From positions 1,612,001 to 1,676,000 of the forward strand of contig JBNRSN020000017.1 in assembly GCA_051313645.2 (NCBI GenBank): DNA of 64,000 nt, read 5' to 3'. The position numbers were made by a program, and so were the translations under genes. Below, piece by piece: positions 1 to 12,378 of this stretch. Below the pieces are notes generated by a model. The model worked only from the letters and a program-made list of their open reading frames with translations, was not told the origin of the DNA and did not search any database. This DNA comes from Centroscyllium fabricii (lineage: Eukaryota). The stretch's first letter is position 1; the number at the start of each line of letters is the position of its first letter.

Positions 1-51
1 CCCGTCTTTTGAATGACCGTAGCTAGGACCCACCGCTCCGGGGTGGTGTAG

Positions 52-2291
52 TTATGCGAGGACTGTGCCCTGAACCACAAAGTGTCGTTCTTTGGACCTC
101 TGAGCTTGTCTGCTGACTTGATCCTGCTGATTGGCGTGCACCACTGCTTCTGTGGACGTTGGCCTCAGCAGGTCAAGGCGTGTCCGTAGCTGCCTTCCCA
201 TGAGTAGGTAAGCAGGAGATGCTCCAGTCGTAGCATGAGGCGTGTTTCGGTATTTCAGCAAGAAAGCATTCAGGCGCTGCTTTAGTGGACTTGCAGCTTT
301 CAACGCGCGTTTCAGCGTTCTGACAAATCTCTCTGCCAATCCATTCGTAGATGGGTGATAGGGCGCGGAGAACGTGTGCTGGATTCCATTGCTCGAGGAA
401 CTCCTCCATCTCCCGGGATGTGAACTGTGTTCCATTGTCAGTTACGATCTGCTCCGGCAGACCAAATCACCCGAACATCTCTCTGAGTCTTGATGGTTTT
501 CTCTGTAGTGGTAGTGGACATTACTGCAACCTCCGGCCATTTGTAATGGGAGTCCACCGCAACCAGGAACATCGCTCCTTCTACTGGTCCCGCGAAGTCC
601 AGATGGATCCGTTGCCACGGTGTCGCTGGCCATTCCCATGGATGCAGTGGCGCTGCTCTTGGCGTATCCCTGGTTGTCTCGCATGATGACCATGATTTCG
701 CTTCAACTTCAATTTCCTGATCCAGACCGGGCCACCAGAAGTAGCTTCGTACCAGCTCCTTCATCCGGACAATACCACAATGACCTGAGTGCAGCTCATT
801 GAGCACCTGTTTCCGCAGCTTTGGTGGTATGATCACTCCCATACCCCAAAGGAGGCATCCTGACGTGACAGACAACTCCTTCCCTCTTGACAGGTAAGGT
901 GGTGCGTCTGATACACATGATCCGTCTCCTCGCGTCACCCGATCCAGCACCTTGGATAGTGTAGGGTCCACTCTGGTCTCTTTCTTGACCTGCCGGCCCG
1001 TGACAGGGGCATTGCTCACCCTGTCAAAGTAGAAAATCTTCTGCTCACAGCCTTCAGAGGGCACAGACAGCGGAAGTCTTGACAATCCGTCCGCATTGCC
1101 ATGTGCTGCTGACCTCCGGTATTTGATGTTGTAATTGTGAGCGCTTAACATCAGCGCCCAGCGCTGCACCCTGCACGCTGCCAGGGAGGGTATTCCTGTG
1201 TGTGGACCAAAGATCAATGTCCGAGGACGATGATCCGTCAGCAAGGTGAATTTCCTTCTGAACAAGTAGTGATGGAACTTTTTGATTCCAAAGATGATGC
1301 CCAAAGCCTCCTTTTCGATCTGCGGGTATTTCACCTCCGCCTTGCTCGGCGACCTTGACGCGAATGCAATCGTCTTCTCTTCGCCTGAGGGAAAGATGTG
1401 GGACACGACAGCGCCGACGCCATAAGGCGACACGTCACAGGCCAGCTGAATCTGCAACGACGGGTCAAAGTGCGTCAACACTCTGGGGTCAGTCAAAGCT
1501 GCTTTGGCTTTCTTGAATGCAGCTTCGCACTCCTTTGTCCACGCCCAGGCCTTGCCCTGACACAGCAACTCATGTAATGGCTTCAACAGTGACGCCAGCT
1601 GTGGAATAAACTTTCCGTAATAGTTCAGGAGACCTAAGAATGACCGCAGCTGGCCGACATTTGTAGGTGCAGGAGCGTTGGCAATGGCTTTCACTTTCGA
1701 CGGTGCTGTGTGTAGGCCGTTCGCGTCGATCACGTGGCCTAGGTACTCCACTGATGGCTTGAAAAATTCGCATTTGTCCTTGCGAACGCGTAAGCCATAT
1801 TCTTCAAATCTTCCCAGGGTCGTCTTCAGGTGCGGCAGATGCTCGGTGTCGTCCTTTCCGGTAACAAGGATATTGTCGCGATAATATTGTATCCCTGGAA
1901 TGCCGCTTAAGATCTGGTCCATAGCCCGCTGAAACAATGCTGGTGCTGACGTTATACCAAAGGGTAGGCGGCGGTACCTGTAGAGGCCCTTGTGGGTGGT
2001 GATGGTGAGGTACTTCTGTGAGTCCTCTTCTACATGCATCTGCAAGTAGGCTTGGCATAGATCAACCTTGCTAAACTTCTGACCGCCTGCTAGACCCACG
2101 AAAAGATCTTCAATGATGGGGAGGGGGTTCTGTTCCGCTGAGAGCACAAGATTCACTGTTACTTTAAAATCTCCGCATAAGCGAACCGCACCGTCACTCT
2201 TCATCACTGGTACCACGGGCGTGGCCCACTCACTGTGCGAAACCGGCACCAGGACCCCTATCTTGACCAGACACTCTAGGGCAGCCTCCAC
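52..2291 (-). pseudogene. Gypsy pol (RT, RNase H, integrase), frameshifted
   Basis: RT motifs WATPVVPV, RLCGDFK and RLPFGITSAPALFQ are present, but YLDD is degraded to YRDN. RNase H: LACDVS, EKEAL, TDHRP, NADGLSR. Integrase: LHSGH, PWQRIHLDFAGP, and in another frame (52-435) SAPYHPSTNGLAERFVRTLK. Confidence 0.95.
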
Positions 2292-2333
2292 CTTTGGTCT
2301 GAGGTCGTAGGGAACATTCTTGGCCTTCAGGAA

Positions 2334-2855
2334 TCATGGCTGGCTGTCAGACTTCACCTTGAGTTTGACTGTAATCCCCTTCATACTCCCCAATTCTCCG
2401 TCAAAGACAGCCGCATGATTTGTCAACACTGCTGCTAGCCCCGCCTCTTCGACTGACACCACATTCACTTTGTTCCAATCCAGATGAATTTTCTCCAACC
2501 ATGGCCTGCCCATCAGGGATGGATAGTCACCCTTGACCACGTAAACTGGCAGCATCACGGTTTGTCCATTAAACTCCACCTTGACCTCCGTCTTACCCAG
2601 CACTGGGACTGTTTCCCCAGTGTAGGTCTTTATGAGCCTGGCCAGCATCAGTGATAGGTGGTTCAGGTTTGTTTTGAATAGCTTCTCTGAAATCAAGGAG
2701 ACAGCGGCCCCCGTATCCAGCTCCATTTTGATTGGTATTCCCTCTAGTAGTGGAGTGACTCCATAGCCTGATGAGCCTCCATTCACCGTTAACACATGGA
2801 GATTCCGCTCCCCATCAGAGTCTGTGTCACTGTCTTCCTGTTCTTGTTTCACCAT
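2334..2855 (-). pseudogene. Gypsy aspartic protease
   Basis: MELDTGAAVSLI active-site motif and LMGRPWL motif. Confidence 0.9.
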
Positions 2856-3588
2856 GTGTAGGTTTTTCTTTTTGGAACGCCAGTTGGATGTGTTCCCTTG
2901 TTTGTTTTGTCTATTACACGCACGTTGAATGTGTCTTTTCTTTTCACATTTCCGCAGGTCAGGTCTTTACACCAGCAGGCCGATGGCTGATGACCTGACC
3001 TTCCACATCTGTAACACCCTCTGTCCCCCCTTTCATGCTTATCCGGTGTAGCTGTTACCTTGTACATTCAGCCCCCAATAGCTTTACATCTTTAGTTGCT
3101 AACTCCATAGACACAGTGAGCTCCGTTGCTGATTTAAGCGTCAGTTTGTCAGCCGTGAACAAGCGCCTCTGTGTTGCTTCACATCTTAATCCACACACAA
3201 ACCTATCACGGACTGTGTCATTTAGAGTTTCACCAAACTCACAATGCTCAGTTAGCTTCTTTAGCACTGCAATATATTCGGCTATGGCCTCACCCTCCCC
3301 TTGGTTTCGTTTGTGAAACCTGAACCTCTCGGCAATCAGCAGCGGCTTGGGTGTGAAATGTGTTTCCAAAACTTCCACAATCTGATCATATGTCTTAGCG
3401 CCGGGCTTATCCGGGTGCATCAAATTCCGTAACAAGCCAAATGTTTTTGCTCCGATTATACTGAGGAATGTTGCCACTTTAAGGTCATCTTTAATGCCCT
3501 TTGCAGTCACGAAAAATCCAAAACGCTCCGTATAAGCACTCCATTGCTCCGCCGTTTCATCAAATGCCCCAAATGCTCCGGTTAGCAT
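2849..3588 (-). pseudogene. Gypsy gag with CCHC zinc knuckle, frameshifted near 3060
   Basis: ORF 3055-3588 (WSAYTERF, IAERFRFHKRNQ, CEFG, RDRFVCGL) is typical Gypsy gag. ORF 2849-3067 has CYRCGRSGHQPSAC (CX2CX4HX4C). Confidence 0.9.
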
Positions 3589-3778
3589 AGCCAGTTTTGT
3601 TTTCTACAGTCCTTTTTTCCCCCTTCGTTTCACTGTGTCGTTACTCTCCCCCTTCTTGTTTGTGTAACACACGAACCTCTACCTTTGAGGCAATTGCATC
3701 AGCACTAAACTGCTTACTTTAAACTTCTTACTTTAAACATCGCCGATTCCAGTGCAAAGTGATGCGCAAGTCCATTGT

Positions 3779-3792
3779 CATCCTCGTCGCCA
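3779..3792 (-). promoter_or_regulatory. Primer-binding site of the Gypsy element, complementary to the tRNA-Ser(GCT) 3' end
   Basis: Minus strand reads TGGCGACGAGGATG a few bases after the LTR end. The plus strand CATCCTCGTCGCCA matches the vertebrate tRNA-Ser(GCT) 3' end including CCA, as I recall it. Confidence 0.85.
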
Positions 3793-3796
3793 GTTT

Positions 3797-3990
3797 TGTG
3801 TTATCTCAAGGAGTCTTAACCCTTACTTAAATAACTATTAAGAAAGGACTAGGCTGCTGTGTTTTAAACGAACACCATTTTATTAATAATGTGCTTAGAA
3901 GAGTTTTAGTACTACATTTCCCACAGTGCCTCGCAAATCATTCTACGGTGTCCCATAGGAACAATTCTCATACACTCAAAATACACAACA
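3797..3990 (-). repeat. 5' LTR (~194 bp) of the Gypsy element
   Basis: Minus strand starts TGTTGTGTAT and ends ATAACACA (TG...CA). It contains AATAAA (plus tttatt 3878-3883), abuts the PBS on one side and the interrupted CR1 RT codons on the other. Confidence 0.8.
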
Positions 3991-6855
3991 CATCACCTCA
4001 CATTTTTCAGGGTTAAATTCCATTTGCCACTGTTCTGCCCATCTGACCAACCCGTCTATATCGTCCTGTAGCCTGAGGCTTCCCTCCTCGCTATTTACTA
4101 TCCCAACAAATTTCGTGTCATCTGCGAACTGACTGATCATACCTCCTACATTCATATCTAAATCATTAATGTAGACTACAAACAGCAAGGGACCCAGCAC
4201 CGATCCCTGCGGTACCCCACTGGACACAGGCTTCCAGTCACAAAAACAACCTTCGACCATCACCCTCTGCTTCCTGCCACTAAGACAATTTTGGATCCAA
4301 TGTGCCAAGTTGCCCTGAATCCCATGAGCTCTTACCTTCTTGATCAGTCTCCCATGTAGGACTTTGTCAAAAGCCTTACTGAAGTCCATGTAGACTACAT
4401 CAACTGCACTACCCTCATCCACACACCTAGTCATCCCCCCTCAAAATTCAGTCAAATTGGTCAGATATGATCTCCCCCTGACAAAGCCATGCTGACAATC
4501 CTTGATTAATCCGTGCCTCTCCAAGTGGAGACTAATTCTGTCCTTCAGAATTTTTTCTCGTAATTTCCCTACCACTGATGTTGGGTTTACTGGCCTGTAA
4601 TTCCCTGGTTTATCCTACTACCCTTCTTGAATAATGGTTCTACATTAGCTGTTCTCCAGTCCTCCGGCACATCCCCTGGGGTCAGAGAGGTTCTGAAAAT
4701 TTGTGTCAGAGCCCCTGCAATCTCCTCCCTTGCCTCACACAGCAGCTTGGGATACATCTCGACTGGGCCTGGAGATTTATCCACTTTTAAGCCCGCTAAA
4801 ACCGCTAGTACCTCCTCCCTCTCAATGCTAATATGTTCAAGTATATCACAATCCCCCTGCCTGATTTCTATGCCTACATCGCCCTTCTCCATCGTGAACA
4901 CAGATGCAAAATATTCATTTAAAACCTCACCTACATCTTTTGGCTCTACACACAGATTGCCACTTTGGTCCCTAATGGGCCCTACTCTTTCCCTCGTTAT
5001 CCTCTTGCCCTTAATATACTTATAAAACACCATGGGTTTTTCTTTTATTTTGCCCGCCAGTGTTTATTCATGCCCCCTCTTGGCTCTCCTAATTTTTTTT
5101 TAAGTACCCCCCTGCACTTTCTATACTCCTCTAGGGGCTTCCTCTGTTTTTAGTCCTTTGTATCTGCCAAAAGCCTCCCTTTTTTTCCTAATCCATTCTT
5201 GTATATCCCTCGACATCCAAAGTTCCCTGGGCTTGTTTGTCCCACCCTTGACCTTTACGGGAACATGTTTCCATTGTACTCTCTCAATTTCCTTTCTGAA
5301 AGACTCCCATTTGCTCTGATGTGGATTTTCCGACAAGTAGCTGATCCCAGTCCACTTTGGCCAGATCCTGCCTCATCATATTAAAATCGGCCTTCCCCCA
5401 ATTTAGAACCTTTATTTCCGGTCCATCTTTGTCCTTTTCCATGACTACCTTAAATCTCACCGAATTCTGGTCAGTGTCACCAAAATGCTCTCCTACTTAC
5501 ACTTCTACCACTTGCCTGGCCACATTCCCTAGAATTAGGTCCAGTACCGCCCCCTCTCTTGTTGGACTCGCTACATTCGGCTCAAAAGGCTCTCCTGGAT
5601 GCACTTTAAGAATTCTGCACCCTCTAAGCCTTTCACACTCTGACTATCCCAGTTAATATTGGGGAAGTTGAAATCCCCCAATATTATTACCCTATTATTT
5701 CCACACTTCTGAGGTTTGCCTACATATCTGTTCCTCTATCTCCCCCTGACTGTTTGGGGGCCTTTAGTACACTCCCAGCAAAGTGCTTGCCCCCTTTTTG
5801 TTTTTAAGTTCTACACATATGGCCTCATTAGAGGAACCTGCTAAGATATCATCCCTCCTTACAGCAGTAATTGACCCCTTGATTAATATTGCGACACCCC
5901 CTCCTCTTTTACTGCCCCCCTCCCCCCGTCCTGCCTGAAGATTCTATACCCCGGAATATTGAGCTGCCAGTCCTGCCCCTCCCGCAACCATGTCTCTGTG
6001 ACAGCAACAATATCATACTCCTGTGTTCATCAACACCTTCAATTCATCTGCCTTACTCACAAGACTCCTTGCATTAAAATAAATGCCATCCTGTATTGCC
6101 ATACTTTCTTGTGCCGTTACATATTTGCTCTGCCTTCCAGGCTGACTTGTTTTTTCCTCTATATTTGGTTGTGCATCACCCCCTACTATAGCTCCACTCC
6201 ATATCCCATCCCCCTGCCAAGTTAGTTTAAACGCCCCACAGCAGTACTAGCAAACCTCCCCGCAAGGATGTTGGTCCCGTTCTGGTTCAGGTGCAACCCG
6301 TCCGACTTGTACAGGTCCCACCTTCCCCAGAAACAGACCCAGTGATCCAGGAAACTAAAGCCCTCCCTCCTGCACCAACTCTTTAGCCACACATTCATCT
6401 GCTCTATCCTCCTATTCCTATACTCACTAGCACGTGGCACCGGGAGTAATCCAGAGATTACAACCTTTGCGGTCCTGCTTTTTAATCTGCTATATATCCC
6501 TAAATTCTTGTTGCAGGACCTCATCCCTCTTTCTACCCATGTCATTGGTACCAATATGAACCACGACCTCTGACTGTTCATCCTCCCCCTTCAGAATGCC
6601 CTGCAGCCGTTCAGTGACATCTTTGACCCTGGCACCAGGGAGCCAACAAACCATCCTGGACCACAGAAACGTCTCTGTTCCACTTACGATAGAATCCCCT
6701 CTCACTATTGCTCTCCCACTCTTTTTCCTCCTCTCCTGTGCAGCGGAGCCACTCGTAGTGCCACGGACTTGGCTCTTGCTGCATTCCCCTGAGAAACCAT
6801 CTCCCCCATCAGTATCCAAAACGGAAAATCTGTCAGAGAGGGAGATGGACCCAGG
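3991..6855 (-). mobile_element. CR1 LINE copy A, 5'-truncated in ORF1, decayed, interrupted in RT by the Gypsy element
   Basis: RT motifs DFSKAFDKV, GVPQGSVLGP and FADDTK (3976-4434); KSPGP...DWRTANV (4587-5033); ORF1 SGNH-esterase motifs GDSIV, HIGTND and DGLHLN (6222-6860). Confidence 0.93.
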
Positions 6856-6918
6856 GCAGTGTCGTGTAGGCCCAACCATCTTCAGCTGCTTCATCAATGA
6901 CCTTCCCTCCAACATAAG
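6850..6918 (+). mobile_element. Fragment 1 of an older plus-strand CR1/L2-group LINE (RT)
   Basis: cccagggcagtgtc...ggcccaaccatcttcagctgcttcatcaatgaccttccctcc encodes PQGSV..GPTIFSCFINDLPS. The reading continues at ~11133. Confidence 0.8.
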
Positions 6919-7351
6919 CTCATAGAAACATAGAAGATAGGAGCAGGAGTAGGCCATTCGGCCCCTCGAGCCTGCTCCGCCATTCAATGCGATCATGGCT
7001 GATCATCCAAATTCAGTACCCTGTCCCTGCCTTCTCCCCATATCCCTTGATACCTTTAGCCTTAAGAAATATATCCAACTCTTTCTTGAATATATTTAAT
7101 GAATTGGCCTCTACTGCCTTCTGTGGTAGAGAATTCCACAGGTTCACCACTCTCTGAGTGAAGAAATTCCTCCTCATCTCTGTCCTAAATGGCTTACCCC
7201 TTATCTTTAGACTGTGACCCCTGGTTCTGGACTCCCCCACCATCGGGAACATCCTTCCTGCATCTAGTCTGTCCAGTCCTGTTAGAATTTTATAAGTTTC
7301 AATGAGATCCCTTCTCATTCTTCTAACCTCTAGCGAATATAAACCCAATCT

Positions 7352-7560
7352 TATATGCGCGGGGGCACATCCAGGGGTGATACTGGGGGTGTGGGGCACA
7401 TCCAGGGGTGATACGGGGGGGTGAGGGGCACATACGGGGTGAGACTGGGGCACATTGGGGTCTGGGGCATAAACTGGGTGGTAAGTGGCACCTACTGGGG
7501 GGGTCTGGGGCATCGACTGGGGTGATACTGGGGGTCTAGGGCACATACTGGGGTGATATG
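7352..7560 (+). repeat. G-rich degenerate tandem tract (ggggcacat / ggggtgata motifs) 5' of the SINE
   Basis: Recurring GGGGCACAT and GGGGTGATA units. This is not CR1 sequence, although it lies inside the CR1 interruption. Confidence 0.7.
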
Positions 7561-7950
7561 GGCGGCACGGTGGCATAGTGGTTAGCACTGTTGCCTCACA
7601 GCACTAGAGACCCGGGTTCAAATTCAGCCTCGGGTACTGTCTGTGTGGAGTTTGCACATTCTCCCCGTGTCTGCGTGGGTTTCCTCCGGGTGCTCCGGTT
7701 TCCTCCCACAGTCCAAAGATGTGCAGGTTAGGTTGATTGGCCATGATAAATTGACCCTTAGTGGTAGGGTGATTGAATAGGTGGGGTTACGGGGATAGGG
7801 TGGAATATGTGTCGGTGCAGGTTCGAGAGGGATATGGGGACAAGGCAGGGACAGGGTACGGGTTTGGATGATCAGCCATGGTCTCATTGAATGGCGGAGC
7901 AGGCTCGAAGGGCCGAATGGCCTACTCCTGCTCCTATCTTCTATGTTTCT
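7561..7950 (+). mobile_element. tRNA-derived V-SINE (HE1-like) inserted in CR1 copy B
   Basis: tRNA-like head with A box (tggcatagtgg) and B box (gggttcaaatt), V-domain ctgtgtggagtttgcacattctccccgtgtctgcgtgggtttcctccgggtgctccggtttcctcccaca, and a 3' tail near-identical to the CR1 3' end. Confidence 0.92.
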
Positions 7951-10900
7951 AATCTCTCCTCATACGTCATTCGTGCCATCCCATGCATCAGCCTGGTGAA
8001 TCTTCGCTGCACTCCTTCCATGGCAAGAACACCCTTCCTTAGATAAGGCGACCAAAACTGTACGCAATACTCGATGTCTTACCAAGGCCCTGTACAACTG
8101 CAGCAAGATATCCTTGTTCCTGTACTCGAACCCTCGCTACGAAGGCCAACATACCATTTGCCTTCTTAACCGCCTACTGTACCTGCATGCTTACCTTCAG
8201 CGACTGGTGCACAAGAACATCCAGGTCTCGTTGCACTTCCCCTTCTCCCAATCTATTGCCATTCAGATAATAATCTGCCTCCTTGTTTTTGACACCAAAG
8301 TGGGTAACCTTGCATTTGTCCACGTTATATTGCATCTGCCATGCTTCTGCCCAATTACCCAACCTGTCCAAATCATACTGGAGTTTCTCGGCATCCTCAC
8401 AGCACATTCGCCCACCCGGCTTTGTGTCGTCTGCAAACTTGGATATATTACATCTAGTTCCCTCGTCCAGATCATTAATATATATTGTGAATAGCTGGGG
8501 TCCAAGGACCGATCCCTGCGGTACCCCACTAGTCACTGCCTGCCACTCGGAAAAAGAGCCGTTAATTCCAACTCTTTGCTTTCTGTCTGCCAACCAGTTC
8601 TCTATCCAAGTCAATATCTTGCCCCCAATCCCATGTGCCCTAACTTTACAAGCTAATCTCTTATGCGGGACCTTATCGAAAGCCTTTTGAAAGTCCAAGT
8701 ACACCACATCCACTGGTTCTCCCTTATCTATTTTGCCAGTTACACCTCAAAGAATTCCAGATTAGTCAAGCACGATTTACCTTTTGTAATTCATGTTGAC
8801 TTTGTTCGATCCGTTCACTGTTTTCAAGTGCTCTGCTATTACATCCTTTATAATGGACTCTAGCATTTTCCCCACTACCGATGTCAGGCTTACCGGTCTA
8901 TAATTCCCTGTTTTCTCTCTACCACCTTTTTTGAATAGTGGGGTAACATTAGCTACCCTCCAATCTGTGGGTACAGTTCCAGAGTCTGTTGAATTTTGGA
9001 AGATGATCAGTAATGCATCTACTATTTCTGGGGCCACTTCCTTAAGTACCCTAGGATGTAGATTATCAGGCCCCGGTGATTTATTGACCTTCAATCCCGT
9101 CAATTACTCTCACCGTTTCCCTACAAATACTGATTTCATTCAGTTCCTCCCTCTCATTAGACCTATGTTCCTCGACATCTCTGGGAGGTTATTTGTGTCC
9201 TCCTTTGTGAAGACAGAACCAAAGTATGTATTTAATTGGTCTGCCATTTCTTTGTTACCCATTATAAATTCCCCTGATTCTGACTGCAAGGGACCTACGC
9301 TTGACTTCACCAATCTTTTTCTCTTCACATATGTATAAAAGCTTTTACAGTCAGTTTTTATGTTCCCTGAAAGCTTACTCTCATTCTATTTTCCCCCTCT
9401 TAATTAATCCCTTTGTCCTCCTTTGTTGAATCCTAAACTGCTCCCAATCCTCAGGTTTACTGCTTTTTCTGGCCAATTTATATGTCCTCTCCTTGGATCT
9501 TATGCTGTCCCTAATTTCACTTGTTAGCCACGGTTGAGTCACCTTTTTCGTTTTATTTTTATGCCAAACTGGGATGATCCAATTCTGTAATTCATCCATG
9601 CGATCTTTGAATGTTTGCCATTGCCTATCCACCGTCAACCCTTTGAGTGACATTCCCCAATCAATCCTACCCAACTCGCGTCTCATACCATCGTAGATTT
9701 CTTTATTTGAATTCAAGACCCTCGTCTCTGAGTCAACTACCTCACTCTCCATCTTAATGAAGAATTCTATCATATTATGATCGCTCCGACCCAAGGGGCC
9801 TCGCACAACAATTATTCCTTTCTCATTGCATAATACCCAGTCTAAGATGGCCTGATCTCTCGTTGGTTCCTCGACATATTGTTCCAGAAAACCATCCCAT
9901 ATACACGCCAGGAATTCCTCCTCCACAGCATTGTTACTACTGTGGTTAGCCCAATCTATATGTAGATTAAAGTCTCCCATGATAACTAATGTGCCCTTAT
10001 TGCACGCTTCTCTAATTTCCCTTTTAATGCCATCCCCGACCTCCATATTACTGGTTGGAGGTCTATATACCACTCCCACTAATGTTTTCTGCCCCTTGTT
10101 ATTTCTCAGTTCCACCCATACAGATTCCACATCATCAGAGCTAATATCCTTCCTTACAATTGGGTTAATCCCCTCTTTAACCAGCAATGCTACCCCATCT
10201 CCTTTACCTGTTTGCCTATCTTTCCTGAATATTGAATACCTCTGGATGTTGAGTTCCTAGCCTTGGTCATCCTGGAGCCATGTTTCAGTAATCCCAATCA
10301 TACTATATATTCGTTTACCTCTATTTGCGCAGCCAATTCATCCGCTCCTCGCATTAAGACACAAAGCCTTCAGGCTTGTTTTTGTAACGCTCTTAAATCT
10401 TTTAGAATTATTATTTGCTGTGGCCATGTTTGATTTAAACCCTTGATTTCTCTGACTGGCACTTTTGTTTTTCTCCTTCCTGTCTTTTGCTTTTATCCTT
10501 GTTTCCCTTTCCTCTGTCTACCCGCTCAGGTTCCCAACCCCCTGCCATTTTAGTTTAAACCCTCCCCCAGAGCACTAGCAAACACTCCCTATGGACATCG
10601 GTCCCGGCCCTGCCCAGGTGCAGACCGTCCTTTTTGTACTGGTCCCACCTCCTCCAGAACCAGTTCCAATGTCCCAGGAATTTGAACCCTCCCCCCCTTG
10701 CACCATTCCTCTAGCCACGTATTCATTTGAAATATCCTTCTATTTCTACTCTGACTAGCATGTGGTACTGGTAGCAATCCTGAGATTACTACCTTTGAGG
10801 TCCTAAAATTTACCTCCCAGCTCCCTATATTCAGCTTTTAGGACCTCATCCTGATTTTTCCTACATCGTTGGTACCGATATGCACCATGACAACTGGCTG

Positions 10901-11132
10901 TTCACCCTCTCTTTCCAAAATGTTCTGCAGCCGCTCCGAGACATCCTTGACCCTTGCACCAGGGAGGCAACATACCATCCTGAAGTCCCGTTTGCGGCTG
11001 CAGAAATGCCTATCTATTCCCCTTACAATAGAATCCCCTATCACTATAGCTCTCCCACTCTTTTTCCTCCCGTCCTGTGCAGCAGAACCACCCCTGGTGC
11101 CGGGAAGGTGGCTGCTGCTGCCTTCCAATGGT

Positions 11133-12378
11133 AGTTCAGAAATGGGGGTGTTCACTGATGACTACACAGTGTTCAATGCCATTCACAACTCCTCAGATAA
11201 TGAAGCAAGACGTGAACGACGTTCAGGCTTGGGCTGATACGTGGCAGGTAACATTCGTGCCACTCAATTCAATTCAATTTATTGTCATTGTAAAGTAAAC
11301 ATACACAATACATCGAAATGCAAACATGCAATCTCCCAAGAAACAATGCAGATCTTAAAATGTCCTTTCCTGTAAGTCCCAGTCTGGTCCATAACGCTCC
11401 GGCCCCGACGCTCAGACCACGCAGGCCCCGACGCTCAGGCCCACGCAGGCCCCGATGCTCCTGATGCACGGCCACGACGGCTCCGGCAACGACGGCCCCG
11501 ATGCTCCCGGCGCTCAGGCCACGCAGGCCGCGATGTTCCTGGCGCCCGGCCATGACGGCCCCGACGCTCTGGCAACAACTGCCCCGATGCTACCGGTGCT
11601 CAGGCCACGCAGGCCCCGATGCTCCTGGCACCGCTATCTTGCCAGGTAATGACTATCTCCAACAAGTGAGAGTCTAACCACCTCCCCTTGACATTCAACT
11701 GCATTACCATCGCCGAATCCCCCAGCATCAACTTCCTGGGGGTCACCATTGACCAGGAACTTAACTGGACCAGCCACATAAATACTGTGGCAACCAGAGC
11801 AGGTCAGAGGCTGGGTATTCTGTGGCAAGTGTCTCACCACCTGAGTTCCCAAAGCCTTTCCACCATCTACAAGGCACAAGTCAGGAGTGTGATGGAATAC
11901 GCTGCACTTGCCTGGATGAGTGCAGCTCCAACAACACAAGAAACTCGACACCATCCAGAACAAAACAGCCTGTTAGATTGACACCCCATCCGCCAGTTTA
12001 AACATTCACTCCCCCCACCACCGGCGCACTGTGGCTGCAGTGTGTACCATCTACAAGATGCACTGCAGCAACTCGCCAAGGCTTCTTCAGCAGCACCTTC
12101 CAAACCCGCGACCTCTTCCACCTAGAAGGACAAGGACAGCAGGCGCATGGGAACATCATCACCTCCAAGTTGCCCTCCAGGTCACACACCATCCTGACTT
12201 CAAAATATATCGGCCGATCCTTCATCCACGCTGGGTCAAAACCCTGGAACCCCCTCCCTAACAGCACTGTGGGAGCACCTTCACCACACGGACTGCAGCG
12301 GTTCAAGAAGGCGGCTCACCACCACCTTCTCGAGGGCGACTAGGGATGGGCAATAAATGCTGGCCTTGCCAGCGACGC
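11133..12378 (+). mobile_element. Fragments 2-3 of the older plus-strand LINE (RT core to 3' end), interrupted at ~11264-11640
   Basis: SEMGVFTDDYTVF (degraded FADD) and WADTWQVTFVP before the insert; LGVTIDQELNWTSHI and YKAQVRSVMEY after it; 3' end gggcaataaatgctggccttgccagcgacgc. Confidence 0.88.
11264..11640 (-). mobile_element. Short retroposon 3' end with AATAAA and (TTGAA)n tail, carrying GC-rich imperfect repeats
   Basis: Minus strand ends ...gacaataaattgaattgaattga. It interrupts the older LINE reading frame. Internal repeats ggccacgcaggccccga at 11400-11630. Confidence 0.6.

Larger units (their letters stand above)
1..3990 (-). mobile_element. Gypsy/Ty3 LTR retrotransposon, decayed; 3' end and 3' LTR lie off the left edge
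   Basis: Minus-strand order is 5'LTR, PBS, gag with zinc knuckle, aspartic protease, RT, RNase H, integrase. PR-RT-RH-IN is the Gypsy order. The coding region is broken by frameshifts and stops. Confidence 0.95.
6921..11132 (-). mobile_element. CR1 LINE copy B (HER1-like), with 3' tail, ORF2 and part of ORF1
   Basis: (TTCTATGT)n tail at 6921; RT C-terminus 7013-7350; RT core 8174-8713 (DFQKAFDKVPH, QGSVLGP, FADDTK); APE endonuclease 9381-10187 (GVVYRPP, MGDFN, SDHN); ORF1 esterase 10550-11130 (GDSIVRG, HIGTND). Confidence 0.95.

Noticed and set aside
438-2291. 617-aa pol ORF as an active or domesticated gene
   Set aside because: Catalytic YLDD is mutated to YRDN, and gag, protease and integrase are separated by frameshifts. 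This is a decaying copy.
7561-7635. tRNA gene
   Set aside because: It is the tRNA-derived head of a SINE, followed directly by the V-domain and LINE tail. The same applies at ~12378.
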